The notes below the pieces were generated by a model. It ran no database searches and had not been told where the DNA came from. It was given only the letters and a program-made list of their open reading frames with translations. From a virus (taxonomy: Duplodnaviria; Heunggongvirae; Uroviricota; Caudoviricetes), in IMG/VR virus record IMGVR_UViG_2545824708_000017: a stretch of DNA of 24,201 nt; one strand, given 5' to 3'. Below, piece after piece: positions 8,064 through 16,994 of this stretch (within the stretch, counting starts at the first letter, position 1; every line of letters starts with the position of its first letter). The translations under genes were made by a program, and so were the position numbers.

Positions 8064-10639
8064 CGCCTGCCTCCGGAAAAGACGCCGCCATCACGCATCT
8101 GCGCCTGAATCTCATCCTGCGCCCCCTTGCGGGCCATGTCATACACCGCCTTCATCAGCTGCGGCCCCGCCTGTCCGTTGGTGCCGTCGTTCTGAATCAC
8201 CACGTGATTGTTCTGATTAAAACTAATGCCTTCCGCCCGCCGCATCTGCGCCGGACTTCCGGCACCGCCCACATAACCACCTTCCGCATACCCGCGCATC
8301 AGACGATACAGGTTGCCGACGCCAATCCGGCTGGTTGCCTCCTTCGTGAAGACAAACTCCCCGCGGTGGACAATACCGGCAGGTTCGTATTTGCCACCGG
8401 TTCCCGTAAATCCTCCGGTCGCGAAATGGAAGTTCGCCGCCGCAGCCTGAATGGCCGTCCCCGTGGAGGCAGACGCCCCACCACCGAAAGCACCACCCAT
8501 GGCGCTGCCAATACTCCCGACAATCCCCACCATGGCCTGCTTCAGAAAAATCTCTGTCAGCATGGAGAGCACAGAACGGGTGAAACCACGCCAGCTCTGT
8601 TCGCTGCCGGTCAGCATCGCTGCCATATTCTGTGCAATACCGTCAAAGGTCTGCGTGGCCACGCTTTTAACCTGCGAAAAACTGTCCGTCGCACTTTCTG
8701 CCCACTCGCCCCAGCCGGACTTCAGACCGGCCATCCAGCTTCCACGAAGCTGCTCCTCCGCAGACCAGGTGTTCTTCAGTGCAGATGTGGCCTTCGCCAG
8801 CGCATCCGGATTATCACCGTACACGTCACGAAGGCGCTGCTCTTCCGACTCCCGCTGCGCCTGACGGTCGGTGAGTCCGCGGGCTTTTGCGCTGATTGCC
8901 GCCTGCTTCGCACTCTGCTGCTGTTCAAACCGCGCAGCCTGCTGTGCCAGCTCATTCAGCCGTTTCTGGTGTTCAACTTTGTCTCCCAGCTCAGCCAGCT
9001 GGCGTTTGTACTCCAGCGTCTCTTTCTCATGGGTCAGCAGGGATTTTTCCTGCTCAGATAACTGCCGTTTCGTGGCTGCCTCTTTCAGGACCGCATACTG
9101 ATTTTCCGCTTTCCATAAATCGCGACGCTGCTGGCTGATTTTCTCATTCGCACCGCTGTGTTTTTCCAGCGTCCGGAGCTCGGTTTCAAGCGCCAGCAGG
9201 GCAGCATGCGCCTGGTCTTCCTGACGCTCACCGGCTGACACTTTGACTCCTGACGACTTCGGCTTTTTCAGCGTCGATTCATAATCCTTTTTCGCCGCCG
9301 CCATCAGCGTGTTGTAATCCGCCTGCAGGATTTTCCCGTCTTTCAGGGCCTTATTCAGTTCTTCCTGACGGGCGGTATATTTCTCCAGCGGCGTCAGCAG
9401 ACGCTCATACCCCTTCTGCGCCTCTCCGGTATACTTCAGCTGTGATGCGTCCCGTTCGGCCCGGTCCCTGGCGGCCAGTTCACCGGCTTTTTCCATATCC
9501 GACTGCAGCGTGGCCGCTGCCAGCCCCAGCCGGGCATTTTCCCGGTCATTCCATGCGCCCTGAAGGTTGGCCCGGAAAGAAGAGGTTTTACCGCGGCGCT
9601 GGCTCCGGCTCTGGTACCACTGCCATTTTTTATCCGCCTCATCAAATGCCTTCTGCGCACTGGCGAGCATATCCGCTGAGGACTCAGGACGACCGATATC
9701 CAGAATGGCATCCCACATCGATTTGAATGCCTTCCCGGTTTTATCCGCCCAGGTCTCCAGTGTCCCCATGTTTTCTTTCAGGCGACGGGTCTGCTCATCA
9801 AAGCCTTTCGTGGCGATATCGTTCGCCGCCTGTAAGGCCCCGGCCTCATCACCGGAACGCTGCAGCTGCGCAACATACGCAATCTGCTCTGCCGTCACGT
9901 TACGGAACTGGCGCGCCATCGCAATCAGCCCCGACGTAGAGTCGGTGGTCAGTTTTCCGAAAGCCTCTGCAACCTTGTCCACCTCCACACCGGATGCAGA
10001 AGCAAAACGCGCGACACTCTGGTTGATGGCATCAAACTGTTCACCACCACGCACACCGGCATTCACCAGGGCTGCCAGTGACTCACTCGCCTGGTTAAAC
10101 GTCAGCCCTGCGGCCTGTCCGGCTCTGGAGAGCGTCAGCATGCGATCGGCAGTCAGTCCGGACTGATTACCGGAAAGAACCAGGGTTTTATTAAACGCTG
10201 AAAGCGTGGAATCCCCCTGGTACCAGGCGTACGCCAGCGCACCTGTCGCCACCGCCAGCGAGGTGACCCCGACCATCGGCAGGGTGATCGCACCGGCAAG
10301 CCCCCTGAACATGGGGATCATCCCGCCGAAGGAGTCCTTCACCTGACCGCCCTGTTGCAGCAGGATCAGCCAGGGATTCTGACCACCGGCAAGCTGCGTG
10401 GCGATATCCGTAAACTGTGCGGGCAGGGTTCGCATGGCCGCTTTATACTGCCCGACGGAAATCCCGGCTTTTTGTGCAGCCAGCGCCTGGCGGCTCAGGC
10501 CCTGTTCAACAGCACTGGCGGTTTTTCTGGCGTCGGTATCCAGACCTGAAAAATGACGCCTTACCCGGCTCATCTGCTCATCGAAACGGACCGCATCCAG
10601 ACTAAGGTCAATAACAAGATCACCAACCGGCTGGGACAT
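8060..10639 (-). CDS. H: Tail tape measure protein H
   Basis: 859-aa ORF (lambda gpH is 853 aa) with long coiled-coil/Ala-Gln-rich centre and Gly-rich C-terminal region; follows G/T. Confidence 0.9.
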   Translation of the reverse strand: MSQPVGDLVIDLSLDAVRFDEQMSRVRRHFSGLDTDARKTASAVEQGLSRQALAAQKAGISVGQYKAAMRTLPAQFTDIATQLAGGQNPWLILLQQGGQVKDSFGGMIPMFRGLAGAITLPMVGVTSLAVATGALAYAWYQGDSTLSAFNKTLVLSGNQSGLTADRMLTLSRAGQAAGLTFNQASESLAALVNAGVRGGEQFDAINQSVARFASASGVEVDKVAEAFGKLTTDSTSGLIAMARQFRNVTAEQIAYVAQLQRSGDEAGALQAANDIATKGFDEQTRRLKENMGTLETWADKTGKAFKSMWDAILDIGRPESSADMLASAQKAFDEADKKWQWYQSRSQRRGKTSSFRANLQGAWNDRENARLGLAAATLQSDMEKAGELAARDRAERDASQLKYTGEAQKGYERLLTPLEKYTARQEELNKALKDGKILQADYNTLMAAAKKDYESTLKKPKSSGVKVSAGERQEDQAHAALLALETELRTLEKHSGANEKISQQRRDLWKAENQYAVLKEAATKRQLSEQEKSLLTHEKETLEYKRQLAELGDKVEHQKRLNELAQQAARFEQQQSAKQAAISAKARGLTDRQAQRESEEQRLRDVYGDNPDALAKATSALKNTWSAEEQLRGSWMAGLKSGWGEWAESATDSFSQVKSVATQTFDGIAQNMAAMLTGSEQSWRGFTRSVLSMLTEIFLKQAMVGIVGSIGSAMGGAFGGGASASTGTAIQAAAANFHFATGGFTGTGGKYEPAGIVHRGEFVFTKEATSRIGVGNLYRLMRGYAEGGYVGGAGSPAQMRRAEGISFNQNNHVVIQNDGTNGQAGPQLMKAVYDMARKGAQDEIQAQMRDGGVFSGGRR

Positions 10640-11084
10640 ATCTCACACCTCCGGAAATCCCCGCTGAAGCCATCATTAATGCGGCATCATCCACCATGAC
10701 ATCCGCCACATCCGCAGACGATAAAATATCGCGCCCTCCGTCCCCACCGAACCGGACGCCTCCGGCAAGTCCTGCCGCTTTCTGCATCAGCATTTTGTCC
10801 TCATCCGGCCTCTCCACCTGCTCTTCCTCATGCCGGGGGACAAGCAGACTGAAATCAGAGGGATGCATATCCGGATCGCAAAAAAACAGGCTGAGTACAG
10901 CGTACGTCAGCCCGGAAAAATGCATATCCAGCTGGGTATCGTGAAAATAATGCATGCGGTAAAAATGTCGCCAGTCGGCATATTCGGTGGATGTCATCCC
11001 GGCAAGCATGGCGCGCCAGTCAGGCCTCCCCATCTCACGCGCCAGTCTGAGGGCAAAATTCAGCTCGCCGTCGAAGACTTTCCC
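10620..11084 (-). CDS. T: Tail assembly chaperone T segment, expressed as G-T fusion by -1 programmed frameshift
   Basis: The -1 frame is open from the slippery site at 11084 to the stop at 10620-10622; post-shift translation is GKVFDGELNFALRLAREMGRPDW..., joining the track ORF 10620..11033. Confidence 0.8.
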   Translation of the reverse strand, partial: GKVFDGELNFALRLAREMGRPDWRAMLAGMTSTEYADWRHFYRMHYFHDTQLDMHFSGLTYAVLSLFFCDPDMHPSDFSLLVPRHEEEQVERPDEDKMLMQKAAGLAGGVRFGGDGGRDILSSADVADVMVDDAALMMASAGISGGVRYVPAGW

Positions 11085-11491
11085 GCAGAAAAATCATCAT
11101 CAGTCAGCGCGTTATTTTTCGCCACTTCGGTAATATCCGTATCCACATGAACAGGCCCGCTCATCCCGGACAGACGCAACACCACATCTTCCGCCCGGGC
11201 AATGGCATCAGCAGGCCAGGTGGTCAGGACTTCCTGCTCAATCTGCATCACGGCCTCATTCATTGACGGTGACCCCGTTTTCTGCGGATGGTTATGCCAC
11301 AGGGACATCGCCACCAGAAACGCGCCGGTTCTGACGAGATCTTCCACGCTTACCTGCAGGTTGCCGCTGGATTCTGCCTGTTCTGCACGCCGTTTCAGGA
11401 GGGCAAGATGCTCAATACGCTGCAGCGCAGACAATTCGGAAAGCGTGACAGACACACCGTTATATTCAAATTGTTCTGTTTTCAGAAACAT
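11060..11491 (-). CDS. G: Tail assembly chaperone G
   Basis: 143-aa ORF (lambda gpG 140 aa) immediately after V; contains the frameshift site near its 3' end. Confidence 0.85.
   Translation of the reverse strand: MFLKTEQFEYNGVSVTLSELSALQRIEHLALLKRRAEQAESSGNLQVSVEDLVRTGAFLVAMSLWHNHPQKTGSPSMNEAVMQIEQEVLTTWPADAIARAEDVVLRLSGMSGPVHVDTDITEVAKNNALTDDDFSAGKSSTAS
11078..11084 (-). promoter_or_regulatory. Programmed -1 ribosomal frameshift slippery heptamer G GGA AAG (G-T)
   Basis: Plus strand ctttccc at 11078-11084 is GGGAAAG on the minus strand, in the G zero frame (G GGA AAG), 6 codons before the G stop; identical to the lambda G-T slip site. Confidence 0.8.
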
Positions 11492-11504
11492 GTATGACCT
11501 CCGT

Positions 11505-12257
11505 TTACCCTGCAGCGCCCGCTTCAGTAACGGTGACTTCAGCTACCGTGGCAAACTGACCATTACCGGAAATCACGGGGATACTCACTTTTCCAGCCTT
11601 AACCCCCGTCACAGTGATCACCATATCTTTCACAGCAATGGTTCCCGTTGACGGATCGGCGGAAACCGCTCTGAACGTCTTGTCGGTTGCACTTTCCGGC
11701 TCAAAAGAAACAGTCAGGGTGGTTGTTTTTCCTTTTTCCACGGTACCGGATGTCGGTGTCACCTTAATTGCAGTGGCCGGCGTAATTTCGCTGCGTTCTT
11801 CCGCCACGGAAGGTTTGCCCACGTTGGTCACTTTCACTGTTCGGGTGATCACTTCTTTCGCCGTCACTGCCTTACCGATACTGCTGATCCAGCCACGAAA
11901 CACATCCACCGTGCCATTCGGAAAACGGATTTTATAGGCCCGCACATCCCCGCTTTCAAACCAGCCTATAAGCCCTTTCTGACCTTCTTCTCCCGGTTTC
12001 CAGGCCAGTGTAAAACTGGTATCACCTGCAGATTTCTGTCCCTGCCCGGTCGCGCTCCAGTCCGCGTCTTCATCATCCAGGTAGTTATCATCGTAGGATT
12101 CTGCCGTCATCTCGCCCGGCGTCAGATCCTTCACCTTAGCCAGTCGCTGCCAGTCATCATCTGACAACGGGTTTGCATAAGCATCACCCTTGCCGGTGTA
12201 AACCCACAGAGTGGTACCGGCACCTTTTACCGGCGCCAGGGGATTTGGTGTTGGCAT
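11505..12257 (-). CDS. V: Major tail tube protein V (with C-terminal Ig-like domain)
   Basis: 250-aa ORF (lambda gpV 246 aa); N-terminus [20 protein letters not shown]; Thr/Val-rich C-terminal beta-sandwich-like region. Confidence 0.9.
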   Translation of the reverse strand: MPTPNPLAPVKGAGTTLWVYTGKGDAYANPLSDDDWQRLAKVKDLTPGEMTAESYDDNYLDDEDADWSATGQGQKSAGDTSFTLAWKPGEEGQKGLIGWFESGDVRAYKIRFPNGTVDVFRGWISSIGKAVTAKEVITRTVKVTNVGKPSVAEERSEITPATAIKVTPTSGTVEKGKTTTLTVSFEPESATDKTFRAVSADPSTGTIAVKDMVITVTGVKAGKVSIPVISGNGQFATVAEVTVTEAGAAG

Positions 12258-12264
12258 ATCGTCC

Positions 12265-12660
12265 TCACATCTCGTATGTAATGGAATAAGTCAAATCTGC
12301 AGAGCTCCATAACGCCATATCGTCATCACGACGATAGTCATAGCCCTGCTGAACCATCGTGGTAATCATCCCTGCCAGTGCAGGGATCGCGGACATCGCC
12401 GGATAAATCCGGGACTCCATCCACGAATCCAGCTCTGAATCCGGCACCTGAGCAGGCAGGAAAACTTCAATATGCAGTGTGGCCCGCCAGGTATCCGCAT
12501 CCAGCTCTTCACCGGTATACTCTGCATCCGTCAGATAAACCGCGACCGCGGGAAAATCCTCTTCGTCAAAAACAACGGGGCGACCATCAAACAGCGTCGC
12601 CCCGTGTTCATGCAGCTCCAGTGCATCCAGCACTGCAGCACGGATATCAGTATGTTTCAT
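12265..12660 (-). CDS. U: Tail terminator protein U
   Basis: 131-aa ORF, same length as lambda gpU; between Z and V. Confidence 0.88.
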   Translation of the reverse strand: MKHTDIRAAVLDALELHEHGATLFDGRPVVFDEEDFPAVAVYLTDAEYTGEELDADTWRATLHIEVFLPAQVPDSELDSWMESRIYPAMSAIPALAGMITTMVQQGYDYRRDDDMALWSSADLTYSITYEM

Positions 12661-13232
12661 CGTTTTATCGCAATCCTCAGTTGTTGTTTCAGCGCATATG
12701 CCAGTTCTCCGGGCAGGCGTTCACGCCGGATACGGTCAACGTTTTCATCAAACGCCTGTTTCAGTGGGGCCGCCATCGGAATTTTAACCACCTGAATGGG
12801 AAGACGATTACGCTTTTTCCTTCCTTTATCGTCATTGCCCTTCGCATACCGGGCTTCTGGCAAACGTTGCATAACATGCCAGCGCCCATTATTTAATCGC
12901 TGGATGAATGCCCGCTGATAACGATGCTGACCGGCTTTAAGTATGCTGTTCGGACGATGACCAAGCATCCTGATCCCCAGCTTAATAGCAGGGAGATCAC
13001 CGCGGTTAACGATAATTCTGGCATTCGGATTTCTGACCGTCGCCCGTTTCAGTCTGGACCGTTCCTTTACCAGTTTCCGGCTCACCCTGGTCTCCCGGGC
13101 AACCTGTGATGAAGACTGATTAATCGCCGTTGTAGCCACGCGGTTAATAGCCATTGCTGAAGCCGACGGAATGGCGTTTTTACGAACCCGGCTCAGATTT
13201 TCAATCGCCTGATCAAGCCCTTTTATCGCCAT
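12657..13232 (-). CDS. Z: Tail completion protein Z
   Basis: 191-aa ORF (lambda gpZ 192 aa); 4-nt overlap with U start. Confidence 0.85.
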   Translation of the reverse strand: MAIKGLDQAIENLSRVRKNAIPSASAMAINRVATTAINQSSSQVARETRVSRKLVKERSRLKRATVRNPNARIIVNRGDLPAIKLGIRMLGHRPNSILKAGQHRYQRAFIQRLNNGRWHVMQRLPEARYAKGNDDKGRKKRNRLPIQVVKIPMAAPLKQAFDENVDRIRRERLPGELAYALKQQLRIAIKR

Positions 13233-13246
13233 AATTCACCCTGCGT

Positions 13247-13600
13247 TTATCGTCGCCGGTTAACTGCGGGTGGTTGCCCACGGTTCAGCCAGAGATAACA
13301 ACTGCCCCCGTCATCCGGAGAAACACGATCCACCCAGAACGTCTCACCATTAATGGTCAACGTGTCACCACGCCGCACGGCACGAACCGTATCCGTCCGC
13401 ACAAATAATGACGGGCTGCTTCCTTCAATACGGATCCCACTACTGGCAAACCCCAGCGACTCCGGATCGTCAAAAACCCCCTGAACTTCGCCGCCACGCT
13501 GTGCACCGGAGGTGAACTGCGCACTGATGCCCATCACTTCAACAATCGTACTGTCCACCCCGGCAAGGGCGGCATCAAAGGCATTCTGAAAATCACGCAT
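13247..13600 (-). CDS. FII: Head-tail joining protein FII
   Basis: C-terminus TLTI.GE.FWVDRVSPDDGGSCYLWL.RG.PPAVNRRR closely matches lambda gpFII. I place the start at the internal Met (MRDFQNAFDAA..., 117 aa, as in lambda) rather than the track start at 13636. Confidence 0.85.
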   Translation of the reverse strand: MRDFQNAFDAALAGVDSTIVEVMGISAQFTSGAQRGGEVQGVFDDPESLGFASSGIRIEGSSPSLFVRTDTVRAVRRGDTLTINGETFWVDRVSPDDGGSCYLWLNRGQPPAVNRRR

Positions 13601-13967
13601 AAACAGCCATTCCACCATCAACGTGTGTTTTTGCATCTGAGGACATAATCAGAATCACCCGACCAACATCCGCAAGCTCAACGGATTCCCCCGTTTCACC
13701 ATCAACGCCACAGAGATGGAGGCAGGTCAGAACTCTGATGCGCGTTAACGCGCCGGATGTTTCCTCACGAACATCATGAGCCGCGTTTTCCCTCTCCCGG
13801 ATATCCATATTCATAACCTGTACATCATCGCCGGATGACTGCATTTCCTCTTCCCATTCTGCCACCCGCTGCGCTATCTCTGCGGCACTCCCGGATATAT
13901 CCGGCTCACGCCCCAGAATCAGGGCCAGTTCATCAAGCCGTTTCAGATTTTGCTCTTTCGTTGCCAT
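13593..13967 (-). CDS. FI: DNA packaging protein FI
   Basis: Acidic protein in the lambda FI position. Start placed at MATKEQNLKRLDEL (ATG 13967-13965) because it has a GGGGGA Shine-Dalgarno and lies downstream of the E terminator hairpin; the track start at 14015 is less likely. Confidence 0.7.
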   Translation of the reverse strand: MATKEQNLKRLDELALILGREPDISGSAAEIAQRVAEWEEEMQSSGDDVQVMNMDIRERENAAHDVREETSGALTRIRVLTCLHLCGVDGETGESVELADVGRVILIMSSDAKTHVDGGMAVYA

Positions 13968-13981
13968 ATCATCCCCCTGTG

Positions 13982-14010
13982 AAAAAAGACACGGGGGCAT
14001 TTCGCCCCCG
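13982..14010 (-). terminator. Hairpin with U-tract after major capsid gene E (probable attenuator)
   Basis: cgggggc(13992-13998)/gcccccg(14004-14010) with 5-nt loop; minus-strand RNA then reads UGUCUUUUUUCAC. Confidence 0.45.
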
Positions 14011-14018
14011 CTCACGGA

Positions 14019-15047
14019 TTATTTCACCTGTACCACCACAAACTCATCCGGGTCCGGCAACACCATCAGCGGCGCGGACTGCGTCATGGTAAATTCACGG
14101 GCGGGATCCCCCACCGTCAGCCAGTGTTTCGGATAACGGGAAGAGGCCACCACACCTTCGGACAACGCCTGCGCATCCTGAATGGCACCATAGCAACGAA
14201 TGCCCTCTGCTGCCGTATTCCCCAGGACCAGCGAGCCCTCAGGCAGATAACGTTTTTCGGTACCGTCCTCTGCCACATAAGACGTTTTTGCCACCACAAT
14301 GGCCAGATCGCCGTAATACCCTTTGAAGGACACCACCGCGCCCAGGTCTTTCACCGCTGTTTCGAGTTGAGAATTTGAACCGCGACGGGTATCCAGTTTT
14401 TCGCGGAACAATTTAAAGCCATTCAGCAGACGCCAGACGGTACCGTCCATAATGGCAATATTCACAAGACCGCTGGCCTGGTCGCAGTAGAGGTCAAGAT
14501 CATGTGTAGGATCGAACGTGTCACGATCCTGTTTTGACCACTCCTTACCACTACCCTGAGTGATGTTATTCTTCGTCGACCTGCCAAAATCGACCTCAAT
14601 TTTCTCGAACTGGTCTCCTTCCATCGTGTATTTGCCATACAGCACGGCATTCACCGCCTGCATTTCTTCCACCTGGACAATGGCGTGCTCTTCCTGTTTG
14701 AGGTTATCAGTGATGATACGCAGACGACGGTAGGCCGGGTCGTTCAGCTGAGCCGGATCTTCACCGGGAAGACGCTCAACCGCCTGCTGGTAATTAAATT
14801 CGTGTTTCGGCTTGACGTAGCCCGGACGTAACACGCGGGTTTCACCACCACGATGACGCAGCACTTTTCCTTCAACAACCGGGGAAACATAGGCCGCCAC
14901 CGGCGTTTTTCCGGTAATTTTGTCCAGCATCACCTCTTCGGTATGGAAATTCACCGTACGGCGGAAAAACAGCTCCAGAAACAGCGCACGAAATTTCACT
15001 TTTTGTTCGGTATAACCGAGTAACTGGCGGGTCGTAAACAATCCCAT
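14019..15047 (-). CDS. E: Major capsid protein E
   Basis: 342-aa ORF (lambda gpE 341 aa); strong similarity along the whole length to recalled lambda E (e.g. PGYVKPKHE, EEMQAVNAVLYGKYTM, LDTRRGSNS.LETAVKDLG, TVGDPAREFTM.QSAPLM). Confidence 0.93.
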   Translation of the reverse strand: MGLFTTRQLLGYTEQKVKFRALFLELFFRRTVNFHTEEVMLDKITGKTPVAAYVSPVVEGKVLRHRGGETRVLRPGYVKPKHEFNYQQAVERLPGEDPAQLNDPAYRRLRIITDNLKQEEHAIVQVEEMQAVNAVLYGKYTMEGDQFEKIEVDFGRSTKNNITQGSGKEWSKQDRDTFDPTHDLDLYCDQASGLVNIAIMDGTVWRLLNGFKLFREKLDTRRGSNSQLETAVKDLGAVVSFKGYYGDLAIVVAKTSYVAEDGTEKRYLPEGSLVLGNTAAEGIRCYGAIQDAQALSEGVVASSRYPKHWLTVGDPAREFTMTQSAPLMVLPDPDEFVVVQVK

Positions 15048-15104
15048 AAATCAGTTCCTTTCATTCAGAAATCAGTCAGGCCACCGCGGTGGCCTGATAA
15101 CGTG

Positions 15105-15452
15105 TTACGGCAGCGCCGCGTGACTCAGGGCACTGCCGGCAAAGGCATTTGCCTTTTTGTGTTCATCCACACTGTCAGGCCAGCGGATTGCCTCCGTCGC
15201 AAAGGTCCCCGACTTGTAATACGTCAGTACCGTCTCTGTGCCTTCAAGCGGCAGTACCAGTATGCCAACCGCACTACCGGCTTTCTGTCCGTCCCAGACC
15301 ACCAGTTTCCCGGTAGCTTCATCCAGCATCAGGGGCGTCAGTGCCGGTGTTGCCGAGGAAATCCCGCTGCTGCCTGTGGCGGTATGAGCCGGATCATTAC
15401 CGGCAAAAATACGTACTTCCGCACGCTGTTCAGTGATGGTTTTCGTTACCAT
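15105..15452 (-). CDS. D: Head decoration protein D
   Basis: 115-aa ORF; DPAHTATG, TPLMLDEATGKLVVWDG, YYKSGTFA and C-terminal KKANAFAG match lambda gpD (110 aa). Confidence 0.9.
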   Translation of the reverse strand: MVTKTITEQRAEVRIFAGNDPAHTATGSSGISSATPALTPLMLDEATGKLVVWDGQKAGSAVGILVLPLEGTETVLTYYKSGTFATEAIRWPDSVDEHKKANAFAGSALSHAALP

Positions 15453-15488
15453 ATTGTAAAAACCTCCTGTTGATGGTCAGCACTGACT

Positions 15489-16994
15489 TCATGGCATAGC
15501 CATGAGCATTTTCACGTCCGCATCACCGTCTGCTGACGTCTGTGGCACGCCACCCTGTACCGCTGCCGGTGAATGGTTCGCCATGATGCGTTCAAACAGG
15601 GCGGTTGTGGATGCAGAGACCGGTTCTGCCTTACCTGATCCCGCAGCCAGCACAGCCCGGGCGCTCTCCACAGTTATTCCCGGGCAGGCAGCCAGCTGTT
15701 CAGCCTGCGCCTCAGCCCCTTTTGCCTCATCCAGTGCCATGATCTGATCACGGAGTGAGGGTCCGGCATCCGCCTGCGGTGAAGCAGCCAGGATCGGGCG
15801 GGCTTTTTCCACCGTCATCTCCGGCATCGCCGCCAGCGTTGCCGCCAGTTGTTCACGACCTTTCGCTTCTTCACACGCCATAATGCGATCGGCTTCACTC
15901 TGCGCGGATGCCACCGGCTGCTGTGGTGCCGCCGCGGCCAGAATCGCCCGGGCCTGTTCAACGCTCATGCCCTGTTGTCCTGCCAGCATCGTGGCAAGCT
16001 GTTCACGTCCTTTCGCTTCCTGGCATGTCAGGATCCCCATCACTCGCTGGTTCTCCTGCGCGGCGGCTTCCGTTGCAGTTAATTGCGGCATAGTGCCTCC
16101 TCTGACATTACTGTTCAGCGCCGTGGCCATCACACTGATGGCATCCGACGCATTGATTAATTCATCCGCCAGCCCGGCCTCAATGCCGGACTGACCTTCA
16201 AAAACGGCGGCCTCTGTTCCCGTGACAGCATCAACAGACAGACCGGTATACATCGCTACTTTTTCAGCAAACATCCGGCGCGCCGCATCAATGCGCTGTT
16301 GCATGTCCTGGCGAACCTCTGCCGGCAACGCTTCAAACTGATTGCCATCCACCTTGTGCGCCCCTGAGTAAATCAGCGTGATATCAACACCGGCCTGCGC
16401 CAGATGACCGGCATAGCTGACATGGCTCATCATCACGCCAATGGAGCCGATACGGGATGTCTGGGTAACCAGCCGTCGGGAGCAGGCCGACGCCAGCAGC
16501 ATGGCTGCAGAGCAGGCCGTGTCATTGCACAGTGCCCAGACCGGCTTCTGCTGACGGAGGCGGTAAATCATGTCAGCGCAGTCAAACGCGCCGGCGGCCT
16601 GCCCGCCCGGACTGTCAATGTCCAGCAGTACGCCCCGCACCTGGCTATCCGCCATTGCCTGCTGAAGACAGGCGACAATGCCGTCATAGCCTGTCATTCC
16701 GGAAAATGGCCGCATACCCCCCAGCCGGTGCACCAGCGTGCCGGTCACCGGCAGTACAGCAATACCGTTCACCACCCGGTAAACACGGGCCGGTCGTTTA
16801 CCTCCGGCCATGTACTCGTCCGTTTCAGCCAGCATTCCGGGAGCATCAAACTGTACCTGCTGTTGTGGTACCGAAAGACTTGATGCCCCCATCTCGCGCC
16901 CGAGCGCGCAAAAGAAAACCCGCGCATAGGCGGGCTCCAGAAGCAGCGGTTCATTGAATGCTGCGGCAATAATGTGTGAAAGATTACGTCTCAC
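15489..16994 (-). CDS. C: Head maturation protease C (S49/ClpP-like) with nested in-frame scaffold (Nu3) region
   Basis: 501-aa ORF from a GTG start (lambda C also starts GTG); N-terminus IAAAFNEPLLLEPAYARVFFCAL matches lambda gpC; protease core SIGVMMSH. About 60 aa longer than lambda C because of tandem repeats in the C-terminal scaffold region. Confidence 0.88.
   Translation of the reverse strand: MRRNLSHIIAAAFNEPLLLEPAYARVFFCALGREMGASSLSVPQQQVQFDAPGMLAETDEYMAGGKRPARVYRVVNGIAVLPVTGTLVHRLGGMRPFSGMTGYDGIVACLQQAMADSQVRGVLLDIDSPGGQAAGAFDCADMIYRLRQQKPVWALCNDTACSAAMLLASACSRRLVTQTSRIGSIGVMMSHVSYAGHLAQAGVDITLIYSGAHKVDGNQFEALPAEVRQDMQQRIDAARRMFAEKVAMYTGLSVDAVTGTEAAVFEGQSGIEAGLADELINASDAISVMATALNSNVRGGTMPQLTATEAAAQENQRVMGILTCQEAKGREQLATMLAGQQGMSVEQARAILAAAAPQQPVASAQSEADRIMACEEAKGREQLAATLAAMPEMTVEKARPILAASPQADAGPSLRDQIMALDEAKGAEAQAEQLAACPGITVESARAVLAAGSGKAEPVSASTTALFERIMANHSPAAVQGGVPQTSADGDADVKMLMAMP

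Noticed and set aside
7790-9061. 423-aa plus-strand ORF
   Set aside because: Antisense to M and H; low-complexity Arg/Pro/Leu-rich translation; no ribosome-binding site.
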